This document shows positions 27,387 through 36,509 of a stretch of DNA of 64,000 nt, piece by piece. Source of the DNA: Blastocatellia bacterium (GTDB lineage Bacteria; Acidobacteriota; Blastocatellia; UBA7656); contig DATLWF010000196.1 of the NCBI GenBank assembly GCA_035576605.1, forward strand, positions 9,430-73,429, in the 5' to 3' direction. Each line of letters opens with the position of its first letter. The stretch's first letter is position 1. Below the pieces are notes generated by a model. The model ran no database searches and was not told the origin of the DNA. It saw only the letters and a program-made list of their open reading frames with translations. The position numbers and the translations under genes were made by a program.

Positions 27387-28777
27387 GCTGCGCGCCCTCC
27401 GGATATATCGACCTCGCTCACGACCGGACGCCACTTATTGGCAACCGTTCGTGGAACCTCGTCAACCAGCAGCGTGCTTATACTCAGGCCCGGCAGGTTT
27501 GCGCGTACTATCGCAAGAATCTTTTCGTTCGCATCATCGCTGAAGCCGCTCCTTGGAGCGATCTTGATCTCTACCGAATAGTCCGAGCGTTGAAGGAACA
27601 TATACTCCCGCACTGGATAGTCCTTCATCATATGCGGGATCTGTAGCCCGGTTATCCATCGGCCATCAGGCAGCCAGATTCGGTCAACATCGCGGCCGAC
27701 CACCTCATCGAGGAAGAGAGCGGGATGGCCCGGTTTGCTGCCAGGCAGAAAGCGCCCTACATCGCCTACGCGATAGCGGATCATCGGCATTGCGTCGGCA
27801 TGGAGTTTGGTGATGAGAATGCCTGCTTCCGGCCCGCCGGCTTCGGGTTCGACCATGATGTTGGCCCAGTCGATCTCGTAGGAAAAGGTTCGCTCCGGTT
27901 CCATCTGAAACGCTACGTAACCAACATCACGGCCTCCATAACGCTCGTGAACCGGCCGCCCGAATGCGGCGTGAATTGCTTCGCGATGATGCGGCAGGAG
28001 TTTCTCTGCTCCAGTGATGAAACAGCGCGAAGGATATGTTGGGCGGTGGCCACACTCGAGGACGTGTTCGGCGAGATGGCCAAGCGCGCTCGCATAGGCA
28101 ATTATGCAGTCGGGCTGCCATTGCTGAAATTGATGGTGATATTGTTCGAGCAGGTCGGGTGACAGACGCAGACAATCGAAATAACGGGAGTTCGTTTCAA
28201 ATGCGTGAAACCTTTCCCGCAAACTGTCGTGGGCCCTCGGGTCAAGGTGATGCCCCCAAAGCAACCCGGTGCGCACTCCGGACGGCGCTCCAATTCGCCG
28301 CATGAAATACTCGCCGGCGCTCTCTTTCCACCCTCTCTCTTCGGGCCCGAGCCAGATGTGCGTAGGCGCGCCAGTTGAGCCGCCTGTTGAATCCATAAGC
28401 ATCTCGTTGGCCGGTACGGTTTGCGATAACATTTTGAGAGCGGATTCGCGTATGTCTTCTCGTTCGAGGATTGGAACGCGGGCGAATTCATCGAAACCGA
28501 AATCCGATCCGGGGTTGAATCCGATCCGGTCGAACAGCTCGCGATAGTACTCCGTCTCCCCGTACGCGCGCCGGACCGCAAACCTCAGTCGTTGAAGTAT
28601 CCAATCGAGCTTCCGATCAGAGCTCCAGTTGTTAGCCCGGCGGCGCAGCCGCATACCCTCGTAGTAAGCCCGGATGACTGGGCGACGAGACGGTCGAGCC
28701 AGTCTTTGCAGGCGCGATAGCGGCAGCAAGACGCCGCGTGACAGCGACCGGTGAGCGTTCGCAGCCAACCTGCTCAT
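27383..28777 (-). CDS. Phenylacetate-CoA ligase family (CapK/F390-synthetase-like adenylate-forming enzyme)
   Basis: MDSTGGSTGAPTHI AMP-binding P-loop variant; PaaK-like length. Start uncertain: ATG 28777 chosen because track start 28951 overlaps the upstream gene by about 150 nt. Confidence 0.65.
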   Translation of the reverse strand: MSRLAANAHRSLSRGVLLPLSRLQRLARPSRRPVIRAYYEGMRLRRRANNWSSDRKLDWILQRLRFAVRRAYGETEYYRELFDRIGFNPGSDFGFDEFARVPILEREDIRESALKMLSQTVPANEMLMDSTGGSTGAPTHIWLGPEERGWKESAGEYFMRRIGAPSGVRTGLLWGHHLDPRAHDSLRERFHAFETNSRYFDCLRLSPDLLEQYHHQFQQWQPDCIIAYASALGHLAEHVLECGHRPTYPSRCFITGAEKLLPHHREAIHAAFGRPVHERYGGRDVGYVAFQMEPERTFSYEIDWANIMVEPEAGGPEAGILITKLHADAMPMIRYRVGDVGRFLPGSKPGHPALFLDEVVGRDVDRIWLPDGRWITGLQIPHMMKDYPVREYMFLQRSDYSVEIKIAPRSGFSDDANEKILAIVRANLPGLSISTLLVDEVPRTVANKWRPVVSEVDISGGRAA

Positions 28778-28794
28778 TCTCCTTTCAATGGCGT

Positions 28795-31329
28795 TCAATA
28801 GTCTGCCTCCACCGGCTCCGCAGCCGTTTGCTTCCAATGTTTTCGGCGCATCTGCAGCATCTGCTCCCGAATTGAATTCCTCTCTCTCTGAGTAGGAAAG
28901 CTCAGCATGAGAAGCCCGGCAACGTACAGCAGCGAGAAAACCGCTCCACAAACACTAAGCACAACGAAAGGTTTTGTATCCGACAGGTACAGGCGAGTCA
29001 TTTCTGCTGCCGCTCCCGCAATCGCGGTAGCAAACACCACTTTGCCTACATCTTTGAGCAACAAAATATCTTTCCGGGTCAACCCGAGGATGTGTCCGAC
29101 CTTTATCGAAGTAACCACTCGCTCGATCAGGTTCACGGCTATCACTATCGATATTGTTCCAACCATCCCAAGGTGGTTTGTGCCTAACCATAGAGTAGCC
29201 ACAAGCACTACAAGCACTGCCACCCGAGTCTTGAGCGGAAAGTAGCGATGCTCTGCGTACGCTCGCATTATCGGATCGCAACCGCTTGTGAGAATGGCGA
29301 GCGGCACCAAAATCAGATTGATGGCGAAAATCGGATAGCTCGCAAGGTAGCGCGATGTGAACAACACCGTTATGAACTCACGCCCCAGTAACAGCAGAAA
29401 CAGGAAGAGAGGAAAGTAGATTGCCGACAGCTTGCGCACCATCTTTGCCGTGAGTTCAATGATCTCGCGGGTTCTGCCAAACTTTTGCAGATAGCTGATG
29501 CGCGGAATCATTACCGAGCCAACGGTATCGCTGAGAATAGTCACCAGCGGCAGTTGAAAGCACCCGATGGCGTAGATGGCGTAAGCCGTGGCGCCGAAGC
29601 GATTCGAAACGAAATAATTGTCCAGGTCCGATTGCACTCCTATTATGGCGGCTACGCCGAGCGGCAGCGAATAAGCCAGTTGTCTGCGCATGAGCGACCA
29701 TTTGAAGCTCCTCCAGAAAGCGCCAAAGCGGGAACGCAAATAGAGCATCAAGATGATGGTTTGAAGCAATCCGTGAATGATTGCGGCATAGATCAGCGCC
29801 CAGACTGAAGAAAACCACAGTGCTCCAGCCAACAACAGCCCGGTCTTGGTGAACTGTGAGGCTATGACAAACACCGTGGCCAGCCGGTATTCCTGATGAG
29901 CAACTGCGGCAACCTCCAAAAACGATGAGACTATCCAGAGTAAAATGACAACGCCGATTAGCGGCGCATACTGGACCAGATCTGTGCTATTAAAGATCGC
30001 AATCCAAATCTGGGGCCACAGACACAATGTAAGCGCAGCCGCCCCGCCCATGATCGAATAAAACAGTATGATGTTGAAAACGACCTGGCCTTGCCGCTCC
30101 CGCTCGCGGGGTAGGAAATAAAAAGCGCTCATTCCAACCCCCAGCGGCACTACGCTTAGGGCGGTGCCTACAACCAGAAACACCTGTTTGTAGAGGCCGA
30201 ACTCATTCTGGCTCAAACGGCGCACCAGCAGCAGTGGTAAAGCAAAGCTGAGGAGAAACGCTATAGTCTTTGCAAACAAGTACCAGGCGGCGCGCAATGT
30301 CAGAGAGTCGCCTTTCTCGTAGGAATCGCCTGAACTCTTGGACTGAAACGAGAATGGGGTCGCAAAGTTATAAAGCCGCAGCAAAAGGCGCGGAGAGAAA
30401 CGTAAAAGGTGAAGCGCCAATTGCAACTTCCAACTGTGATAAAAATCGTTCGCGATTCTGACTGCTTTCTCCGCGCCTTTAAAATCACCGCCAGACAACT
30501 TTCGCTTCCCCTGCTCCAACTCCAGAGTAGCTCTCAATTTCTCCGTCTGGTGCATGAGCGACAGGCGTTCGTCTTCGGTTAGGCGGGCGTTCCGTTCATT
30601 TCTCTTTAGAACCTTCAGAGAGTGCTCAAATAGTCTCACCTGGTCGGCGGTCAGACTTTTTGCGTGGATTCTCTTGCAGAGGAGAACCTTGCGCTGGTAC
30701 TCAATCCGTGCTCCAACCCTCGCTAAGCGCAGCCACAAATCGTAGTCCTCTGCGTAACGCAGTTCTTCATCAAATAATCCAACATCCTCTACCGCCAGCC
30801 GTCGGGCGACCGTTGCCGACAGGATGACCGTGCACCGTCCCCCCAGTAAGCTCTCAAATGTGACATCGCCATTTGAGGGCGTTGTTTCCATGAAAGTGCG
30901 GCCGGCAAGCGCCGAATCTCCTACCAGCAATGCATCTGTGTAGACCAAATCGACGGTCGGGTTTTTTTTAAAGAAGGCGATTTGCTCAGCCAGATAGTCT
31001 GCCTCCCAGTAGTCGTCAGCGTCTAGAAATGCAATGTACTCACCGCGCGCCGCTCTTATCGCGGTATTGCGCGCTGCGGAGCAGCCGCGATTGTCCTGCT
31101 TGATGTAAACGATGCGCTCGCGGTAGGGCTCAAGCGCTCGCTCGAGGTCGACCGTATCCGGGGAACCGTCGTTTACGACAATTATTTCGTAATCGGAGAA
31201 TGTCTGCTTGAGGACCGAACTAATAGCTGTGCCGATATATTCAGCGACATGATAAGCCGGCATTACGACGCTGACCGACGGGCCATCGACTGGATTAGAA
31301 GCTTTGCCGGGCGAGTTCTCTACTTGCAT
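28795..31329 (-). CDS. Fusion protein: N-terminal GT2 glycosyltransferase plus C-terminal multi-TM Wzx/PST-like polysaccharide biosynthesis domain
   Basis: VSVVMPAYHVAEYIGTAISSVLKQTFSDYEIIVVNDGSPD...LDADD (GT2) in residues about 20-280. Residues about 340-845 are continuously hydrophobic (at least 12 TM). ATG 31329 with RBS GAGGAA. Confidence 0.7.
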   Translation of the reverse strand: MQVENSPGKASNPVDGPSVSVVMPAYHVAEYIGTAISSVLKQTFSDYEIIVVNDGSPDTVDLERALEPYRERIVYIKQDNRGCSAARNTAIRAARGEYIAFLDADDYWEADYLAEQIAFFKKNPTVDLVYTDALLVGDSALAGRTFMETTPSNGDVTFESLLGGRCTVILSATVARRLAVEDVGLFDEELRYAEDYDLWLRLARVGARIEYQRKVLLCKRIHAKSLTADQVRLFEHSLKVLKRNERNARLTEDERLSLMHQTEKLRATLELEQGKRKLSGGDFKGAEKAVRIANDFYHSWKLQLALHLLRFSPRLLLRLYNFATPFSFQSKSSGDSYEKGDSLTLRAAWYLFAKTIAFLLSFALPLLLVRRLSQNEFGLYKQVFLVVGTALSVVPLGVGMSAFYFLPRERERQGQVVFNIILFYSIMGGAAALTLCLWPQIWIAIFNSTDLVQYAPLIGVVILLWIVSSFLEVAAVAHQEYRLATVFVIASQFTKTGLLLAGALWFSSVWALIYAAIIHGLLQTIILMLYLRSRFGAFWRSFKWSLMRRQLAYSLPLGVAAIIGVQSDLDNYFVSNRFGATAYAIYAIGCFQLPLVTILSDTVGSVMIPRISYLQKFGRTREIIELTAKMVRKLSAIYFPLFLFLLLLGREFITVLFTSRYLASYPIFAINLILVPLAILTSGCDPIMRAYAEHRYFPLKTRVAVLVVLVATLWLGTNHLGMVGTISIVIAVNLIERVVTSIKVGHILGLTRKDILLLKDVGKVVFATAIAGAAAEMTRLYLSDTKPFVVLSVCGAVFSLLYVAGLLMLSFPTQRERNSIREQMLQMRRKHWKQTAAEPVEADY

Positions 31330-31350
31330 CAACAGATTCCTCAGCGAGTC

Positions 31351-33132
31351 TCATCTTCTTTTATCGGCGCGATCTGAAGACCTCGTCGGCCTCGAATCCA
31401 GTGCCGCTTTCAGTGCTTCCATATCACAGCCGATGTTGTGGCCATCAGTAGCCGCGTTTCTGTATGGACTTGATGACTGCAGCGCGTAATTGCCTCCGGC
31501 CCGATCGGCAAACGAGGCTTCATCCAGCACGGCCGGGAAGAAGTTATCGGCCGGATAATTCGAGCTTCGCCCGCCTGCGATTACGTTCTTTCGAAAAACG
31601 CGGCCCGGAAAATATTTATCGAGCGTCGGATTACCGACACTTGCGCCGTCGCCCATCACCCCGTACTCGTTGTGAGGCACAATATTGTTTGTGAAGACGA
31701 ATCCGTTGTTTGCGGCTCCGTAAGCGGTGATCACATTACCGGTATGGAAAATGGTATTGTGATCAATCACGACGTTGTCGGTCTCGGCAATCTGCAAGAA
31801 TCTACCGTTGCCGCCCCACTTTTTGCCTCCGACATCTTCAAACAGATTGTTCCCTATCAACACCCGTTTTACTTGCTCGCTTCGATAGTTGTCGTCTCTA
31901 CCCAGAAAGTTGACCCCCGCCGCGGTATGACGGACGATGTTGTTGGTGAATGCCACATCTTCGACAACTGACCACGGCGCAGAGCCTTCCTGATTTCGGA
32001 CGGTAAAGAGGATCGCAAAGCCACTCTGTCCATCTACCCAGTTGTTTTCGAAAAGATTCCCGTCGATGAGAACGCGCCGCGCATTCTTCAACTCGAACAG
32101 GTTTTTGACGGACCAATGCTTGCCCGCATACGACGGGTTCTGACTCATCCAGGAGAGAGGCTTCGAACAATGATTAGCGCGAAGCTCGATGTCTGAGGGA
32201 ACCAGGCTTGGGATGCGAGGATCGGCGCCTCCGAACATTACGTTCTCGCCTGCCGCTTCGAGATAGTTGTTGACAATCTTGAACGGTCCCGGGCCGTTCC
32301 ATCCACAGATTGCCTGCGAATCAGCGCCTACTTCGTGCACATCCGAGATGTAAGAATCGACGATGGCTGTTGACGCGCTATTGAGCGCAACCGCCCGACG
32401 CAGATTCACATCCGCGTTACCGTGAATATAACAGCGGTCAAGAATCAAATTGTGAGGGATTGTGGCCAGTGAGTTTTGCGCGCTCCCGCCATCGCCGAAC
32501 AATATGAGACCGTGATTCTGAGCCCATCCCGGTTGGATCGTGAATTCTATGCCGACGAATCGATAATGGTGCGCGCCGGGCGCGGTCCTGATCACCGGAT
32601 CCGCGTTAGGCGTGGCAAGTTTCGGCATCATTGAAGCATCAGCCGGTTTTGCGCGCGTGCCGGCTGGCGGCAGCTTGTCGTCTCCGGCAGACGAACGAAT
32701 GACGGTCCAACTGTCGCCTTGCCTGTCAGGCAGCACGAAATTGCCTTTAACGATTGAGCCCGGCTCTATTGCGATAACGTCGCCCGACCGCGCCGAATCG
32801 AGCGCCGACTGAAATGCGCGCGCCGCCTCCTCGCCGGTTCCGTTCACTGAAATCGTGCGACCAGTCGGGCGCACGTAGTTCGTGTCAAGAATAGTCGCCG
32901 GCGGCGACGGCTTTCTCGTTCCGGCGTTTGATGCAGCCGATTGACTTTCGGGAGTCGGTCTCGCGGCGTCACTCGCTTCACGCGCGCAAGCCGTTATGCA
33001 GACCACGGCGCATGACGACAGCAAAATCGTCAGAACCGAGATCAAAACACCGGAAGGCACCGCAAAGAACCCTCCGCGCGTCTGGCCATTCCTGTCGGAA
33101 GTCTTGAAGTGGATTGTTCTGTTCACCAGCAC
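31351..33132 (-). CDS. Right-handed parallel beta-helix repeat protein (paralog 2), signal-anchored
   Basis: LDRCYIHGNADVNLRRAVALNS, ICGWNGPGPFKIVNNYLEAAGENVMFGGADP. N-terminal TM LISVLTILLSSCAVVCITA. GTG start at 33132. Confidence 0.7.
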   Translation of the reverse strand: MLVNRTIHFKTSDRNGQTRGGFFAVPSGVLISVLTILLSSCAVVCITACAREASDAARPTPESQSAASNAGTRKPSPPATILDTNYVRPTGRTISVNGTGEEAARAFQSALDSARSGDVIAIEPGSIVKGNFVLPDRQGDSWTVIRSSAGDDKLPPAGTRAKPADASMMPKLATPNADPVIRTAPGAHHYRFVGIEFTIQPGWAQNHGLILFGDGGSAQNSLATIPHNLILDRCYIHGNADVNLRRAVALNSASTAIVDSYISDVHEVGADSQAICGWNGPGPFKIVNNYLEAAGENVMFGGADPRIPSLVPSDIELRANHCSKPLSWMSQNPSYAGKHWSVKNLFELKNARRVLIDGNLFENNWVDGQSGFAILFTVRNQEGSAPWSVVEDVAFTNNIVRHTAAGVNFLGRDDNYRSEQVKRVLIGNNLFEDVGGKKWGGNGRFLQIAETDNVVIDHNTIFHTGNVITAYGAANNGFVFTNNIVPHNEYGVMGDGASVGNPTLDKYFPGRVFRKNVIAGGRSSNYPADNFFPAVLDEASFADRAGGNYALQSSSPYRNAATDGHNIGCDMEALKAALDSRPTRSSDRADKRR

Positions 33133-34436
33133 ACCCCTTGATAGCTCTTTTCGTTATTCGAGACATCCAGCAGCCTGACCAGGTCGATGATCACACGGCC
33201 GTTGCTCAACTTGTCGGACAACACACGGAATTCATCCTGATGTTTCCCGATGATCACGACCTCCGAGGAATCAATCACCTCGTTCAGATCCGATTTCATC
33301 AGCGATGAAATGTGGGGAATCTCTTGCTCGATGTACTGTTTATTCGCGCCGAACAGCTGAGCAAGTTCAACATCACGGTCATAGATCGCCAGCTTAAGAC
33401 CCTTTCCGATCAGCGTCTCGATCAGCGTCACCATCGGACTCTCGCGCAGATCATCCGTCCCCGCCTTAAAGCTCATCCCGAGGACGCCTACCTTCTTGCG
33501 CTGCGTCCGAAGCACCATATCGACCGCGCGATCCACCTGCTGCCGGTTGCTGAGCATGATTGAACTCAGCAGCGGCGTTTCCACATCAACCTCTCTGGCT
33601 CTGTAGGTGATCGCTCGGAGGTCTTTTGGTAGGCACGAGCCTCCGAACGCAAATCCCGGTTTGAGGTAATAAGGGGACAAGTTCAACTTCGTGTCTTTAC
33701 AGAAGGCCTTCATAACCTCGTGGCTATCTACGCCGAGCGCCTTGCAGATATTGCCCATCTCATTCGCAAAGGTGATCTTCAACGCATGAAAACAATTCGA
33801 TGCGTACTTGACCATCTCGGCTTCCTTAATGCCGAGCTTGATAATCGGCGCTTCGAGACCCGCGTAGAGGCGGGCTACCGGGCCGGCCGCGTCTTCGTCA
33901 TTCGCCCCGATAATTGTGAACGGCGGGTTGTTGAAGTCATTGATCGAGGAGCCTTCTCGCAGGAATTCAGGGTTGATCACAACACCGAAGTCGCGCCCGG
34001 CGCGCTTGCCGGAATAGACTTCAAGCGTGGGAATGAGGAACGTTTCAACAGTGCCCGGAAGCATAGTAGACCGCACCACGACTATGTGATAGCTGCGCTT
34101 TGCGGCGAGAGCCTCGCCAATTTGCTGGCAGGCTCTTTTGACGTGGGAGATATCCAGGCTGCCGTTGTGGTTGCTCGGCGTGCCGACACACACAAGCGAT
34201 ATGTCTGAACCTTGAACAGCGTCGCTTGCGTCGTCGGTCGCGCGAAGCCTTCTCGCGGTAACTGAAGCGCGGATCAATTGCTCGATTCCCGGCTCGACTA
34301 TTGGACTGCGGGAGTCATTTATGATCCCGACTTTTGTCTTGTTAACGTCTACGCCTATCACTTCGTGACCTGCTTCCCCGAAGCAAGCGGCGGAAACGCA
34401 GCCAACATATCCCAATCCGAAAATGCTCAATCTCAT
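33123..34436 (-). CDS. NDP-sugar 6-dehydrogenase (UDP-glucose/GDP-mannose dehydrogenase family)
   Basis: MRLSIFGLGYVGCVSAACF Rossmann N-terminus at ATG 34436. Catalytic GGSCLPKD. Confidence 0.8.
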   Translation of the reverse strand: MRLSIFGLGYVGCVSAACFGEAGHEVIGVDVNKTKVGIINDSRSPIVEPGIEQLIRASVTARRLRATDDASDAVQGSDISLVCVGTPSNHNGSLDISHVKRACQQIGEALAAKRSYHIVVVRSTMLPGTVETFLIPTLEVYSGKRAGRDFGVVINPEFLREGSSINDFNNPPFTIIGANDEDAAGPVARLYAGLEAPIIKLGIKEAEMVKYASNCFHALKITFANEMGNICKALGVDSHEVMKAFCKDTKLNLSPYYLKPGFAFGGSCLPKDLRAITYRAREVDVETPLLSSIMLSNRQQVDRAVDMVLRTQRKKVGVLGMSFKAGTDDLRESPMVTLIETLIGKGLKLAIYDRDVELAQLFGANKQYIEQEIPHISSLMKSDLNEVIDSSEVVIIGKHQDEFRVLSDKLSNGRVIIDLVRLLDVSNNEKSYQGVCW

Positions 34437-34479
34437 AATTTCGGCTCGCTCATTCAAATTTCTGTTCGCTCGACACTCA

Positions 34480-35706
34480 TCATGCGACAAGACGACGTGC
34501 TCGTTGTCCTGCTGCCCGCTCGCAGATCTCGGCAAAGCTACGTGCGGCGCGCTCCCAACCGAACTTCTCGCAGACGACCGCGCGCGCTCGCTCCCCAAGG
34601 CTTTTCGCAAGCGCCGGCTCACAAAGAAGGCGGATCACCGTTTGAGCAAACTCCTCCGGCTGGTCAGCAATCATCAGCTCTTCTCCGTCGCGGACCGGCA
34701 GGCCTTCGGCGCCGACGCTGGTAGAGACGACCGGTTTCCCCATCGCCATTGCTTCGTAGATCTTTAGCCGCGTCCCCCCGCCGATTCTTATCGGGACAAC
34801 GTACGCCGCCGCCCGGCTGACATATTCCCGGATGTCATCGACGCGACCCATAATGTTGATTCGCGGATTGGACCGACCGAGCTGCAACAGTGCCGGGCTG
34901 GGATTGCGGCCCACAACCCTGAGAGTGCATTCGGGAATCTTCCGCGAGATGGCCGGAAGAATCTTGTCCGCGAAAAACAGGATGGCATCTTCGTTGGGAA
35001 TCCAGTCCATCGAACCCGTGAACACCAGCTCGAAGGGATTCGCGGTAGCCCCGCGGGGGCTAAAGTACGCGGTGTCTACTCCGGTCGGCACATCGTAGAC
35101 CTGCCCGATGCCAAACTCCGTTCGCATTCGCTCACGATCCACCTCGGACACTGCAACCACCGCGTCGAATCCACGGCAAGTCTCACGTTCGTACGGGAGC
35201 ATCTTTCGCCACTGAGTCTTGAGGAACGCTCGCTTCAAGCCGTTCTTTTGAGTTTCGAAATGACGCCGCCAGATCATGTGCTCGACGTTGTGTTGAAACA
35301 GGACGGCTGCACAGCCAGGGGAGGGCGGTAGATTAATGCTGGCGACCAGGAAGTCGCAGACCACTACATCGTAATCTCGCTCGCGCATCTCACTCTCGAT
35401 GGCGCTTCGCATTGCTCTCGAGCCATACTTTCGAATGGCATACGGGAGGGGAGAGACGAGACTTGAAGTAAGGTCATAGTAAAAACGCGCGCCGAACTTT
35501 CGAGGCTCGCGCCAGGGGATGGTGACCAGCCGATGGCAATACTCCGCAGAAAGCTCGAACGCCGCGCGTGGATCATCCGGCCTCGCAAAAGAAAGATATG
35601 TGACCTCGTGCTCGCGCTTGAGGTGCCTGAGCATCTGGTATGTCCGTATCTTTCCACCCTTGTCCAACGGGTGTAACAATTCGCTTTTTAGCCAGAGTAT
35701 TCGCAT
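34480..35706 (-). CDS. Glycosyltransferase family 4 (PEP-CTERM locus-associated sugar transferase type)
   Basis: MRILWLKSELLHPLDKGGKIRTYQMLRHL N-terminus. C-terminal YEAMAMGKPVVSTSVGAEGL. Confidence 0.75.
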   Translation of the reverse strand: MRILWLKSELLHPLDKGGKIRTYQMLRHLKREHEVTYLSFARPDDPRAAFELSAEYCHRLVTIPWREPRKFGARFYYDLTSSLVSPLPYAIRKYGSRAMRSAIESEMRERDYDVVVCDFLVASINLPPSPGCAAVLFQHNVEHMIWRRHFETQKNGLKRAFLKTQWRKMLPYERETCRGFDAVVAVSEVDRERMRTEFGIGQVYDVPTGVDTAYFSPRGATANPFELVFTGSMDWIPNEDAILFFADKILPAISRKIPECTLRVVGRNPSPALLQLGRSNPRINIMGRVDDIREYVSRAAAYVVPIRIGGGTRLKIYEAMAMGKPVVSTSVGAEGLPVRDGEELMIADQPEEFAQTVIRLLCEPALAKSLGERARAVVCEKFGWERAARSFAEICERAAGQRARRLVA

Positions 35707-35721
35707 CTTATCTTCGGCTGC

Positions 35722-36507
35722 TCACGATGCCGCCTCCGTACAAGCATGAACGCGATTTCGTGGCACCAATCGACAACGCACGATCGAGGTGAAGAACTCT
35801 TTCGTAAGCGCATTTGCAAGCACTCTGGCGCGTTTGATTGGCGCTGTCTCGAAGGTCTCAAATGCAAACTCGCTTTCCGAGACAAGCTTCTTGAAGCGGC
35901 GAATAGTCATTCGGTTTAACCCGCCTTCGATTTCTGAAAAACGAGTAGCTCCGTCCGATTTGAAATCGGAACGCCATCGGATAAGACAGCCCTCCGTAAA
36001 CAGAAGATGAGCCCAGGGAAACACCGAAAACAAATGACCGCCGAGTGGGTGATACCACGGTGGACCAAACGCTATGATTAGCACTCCGTCATCTTTCACA
36101 AGCGTGCGCATCACGCGCAGAATGCCAACCGGATCATCAAAGTGCTCGAACGCGTCTATTGACAGTATTACGTCGGCCTTCTCGGAGGTTTCAGCAGCAA
36201 AGACGCAGCGATCTGAAACACCCGCTTGCTGAGCTCGATGTCGTGCATTGCACAAAATGTGTGCCCGCTTGTCGAGCCCAATGATTTTTCGAGCGCCGTG
36301 CTGAGCTATCTCAGAGACTTCGACGCCTGATCCACAACCAAAGTCGATCACTACTTTCCCTTCAAACTCATTCCAGATCTGCGGTCCGAACAGGACCTCA
36401 ATCTTGCTGCGGCCCTTGTACGCGCTCCCGTCGCAATAGCCAGTCTCACCCTGTGCGCTCAAAGATTTGAGCAGCTTGTATCCGATTGTTCCGCCTATTA
36501 ATCCCAT
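35722..36507 (-). CDS. Class I SAM-dependent methyltransferase
   Basis: VIDFGCGSGVEVSEIA motif I. ATG 36507 sits 2 nt after the AsnB-like-2 TAG. The track's longer GTG start at 36549 would overlap that gene. Confidence 0.65.
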   Translation of the reverse strand: MGLIGGTIGYKLLKSLSAQGETGYCDGSAYKGRSKIEVLFGPQIWNEFEGKVVIDFGCGSGVEVSEIAQHGARKIIGLDKRAHILCNARHRAQQAGVSDRCVFAAETSEKADVILSIDAFEHFDDPVGILRVMRTLVKDDGVLIIAFGPPWYHPLGGHLFSVFPWAHLLFTEGCLIRWRSDFKSDGATRFSEIEGGLNRMTIRRFKKLVSESEFAFETFETAPIKRARVLANALTKEFFTSIVRCRLVPRNRVHACTEAAS

Positions 36508-36509
36508 CC

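Noticed and set aside
33123-34622. Longer 499-aa form of the sugar dehydrogenase starting at 34622.
   Set aside because: The extra 62 N-terminal residues are Arg/Ser-rich and would overlap the upstream GT4 gene. The conserved Rossmann N-terminus begins at the ATG at 34436.
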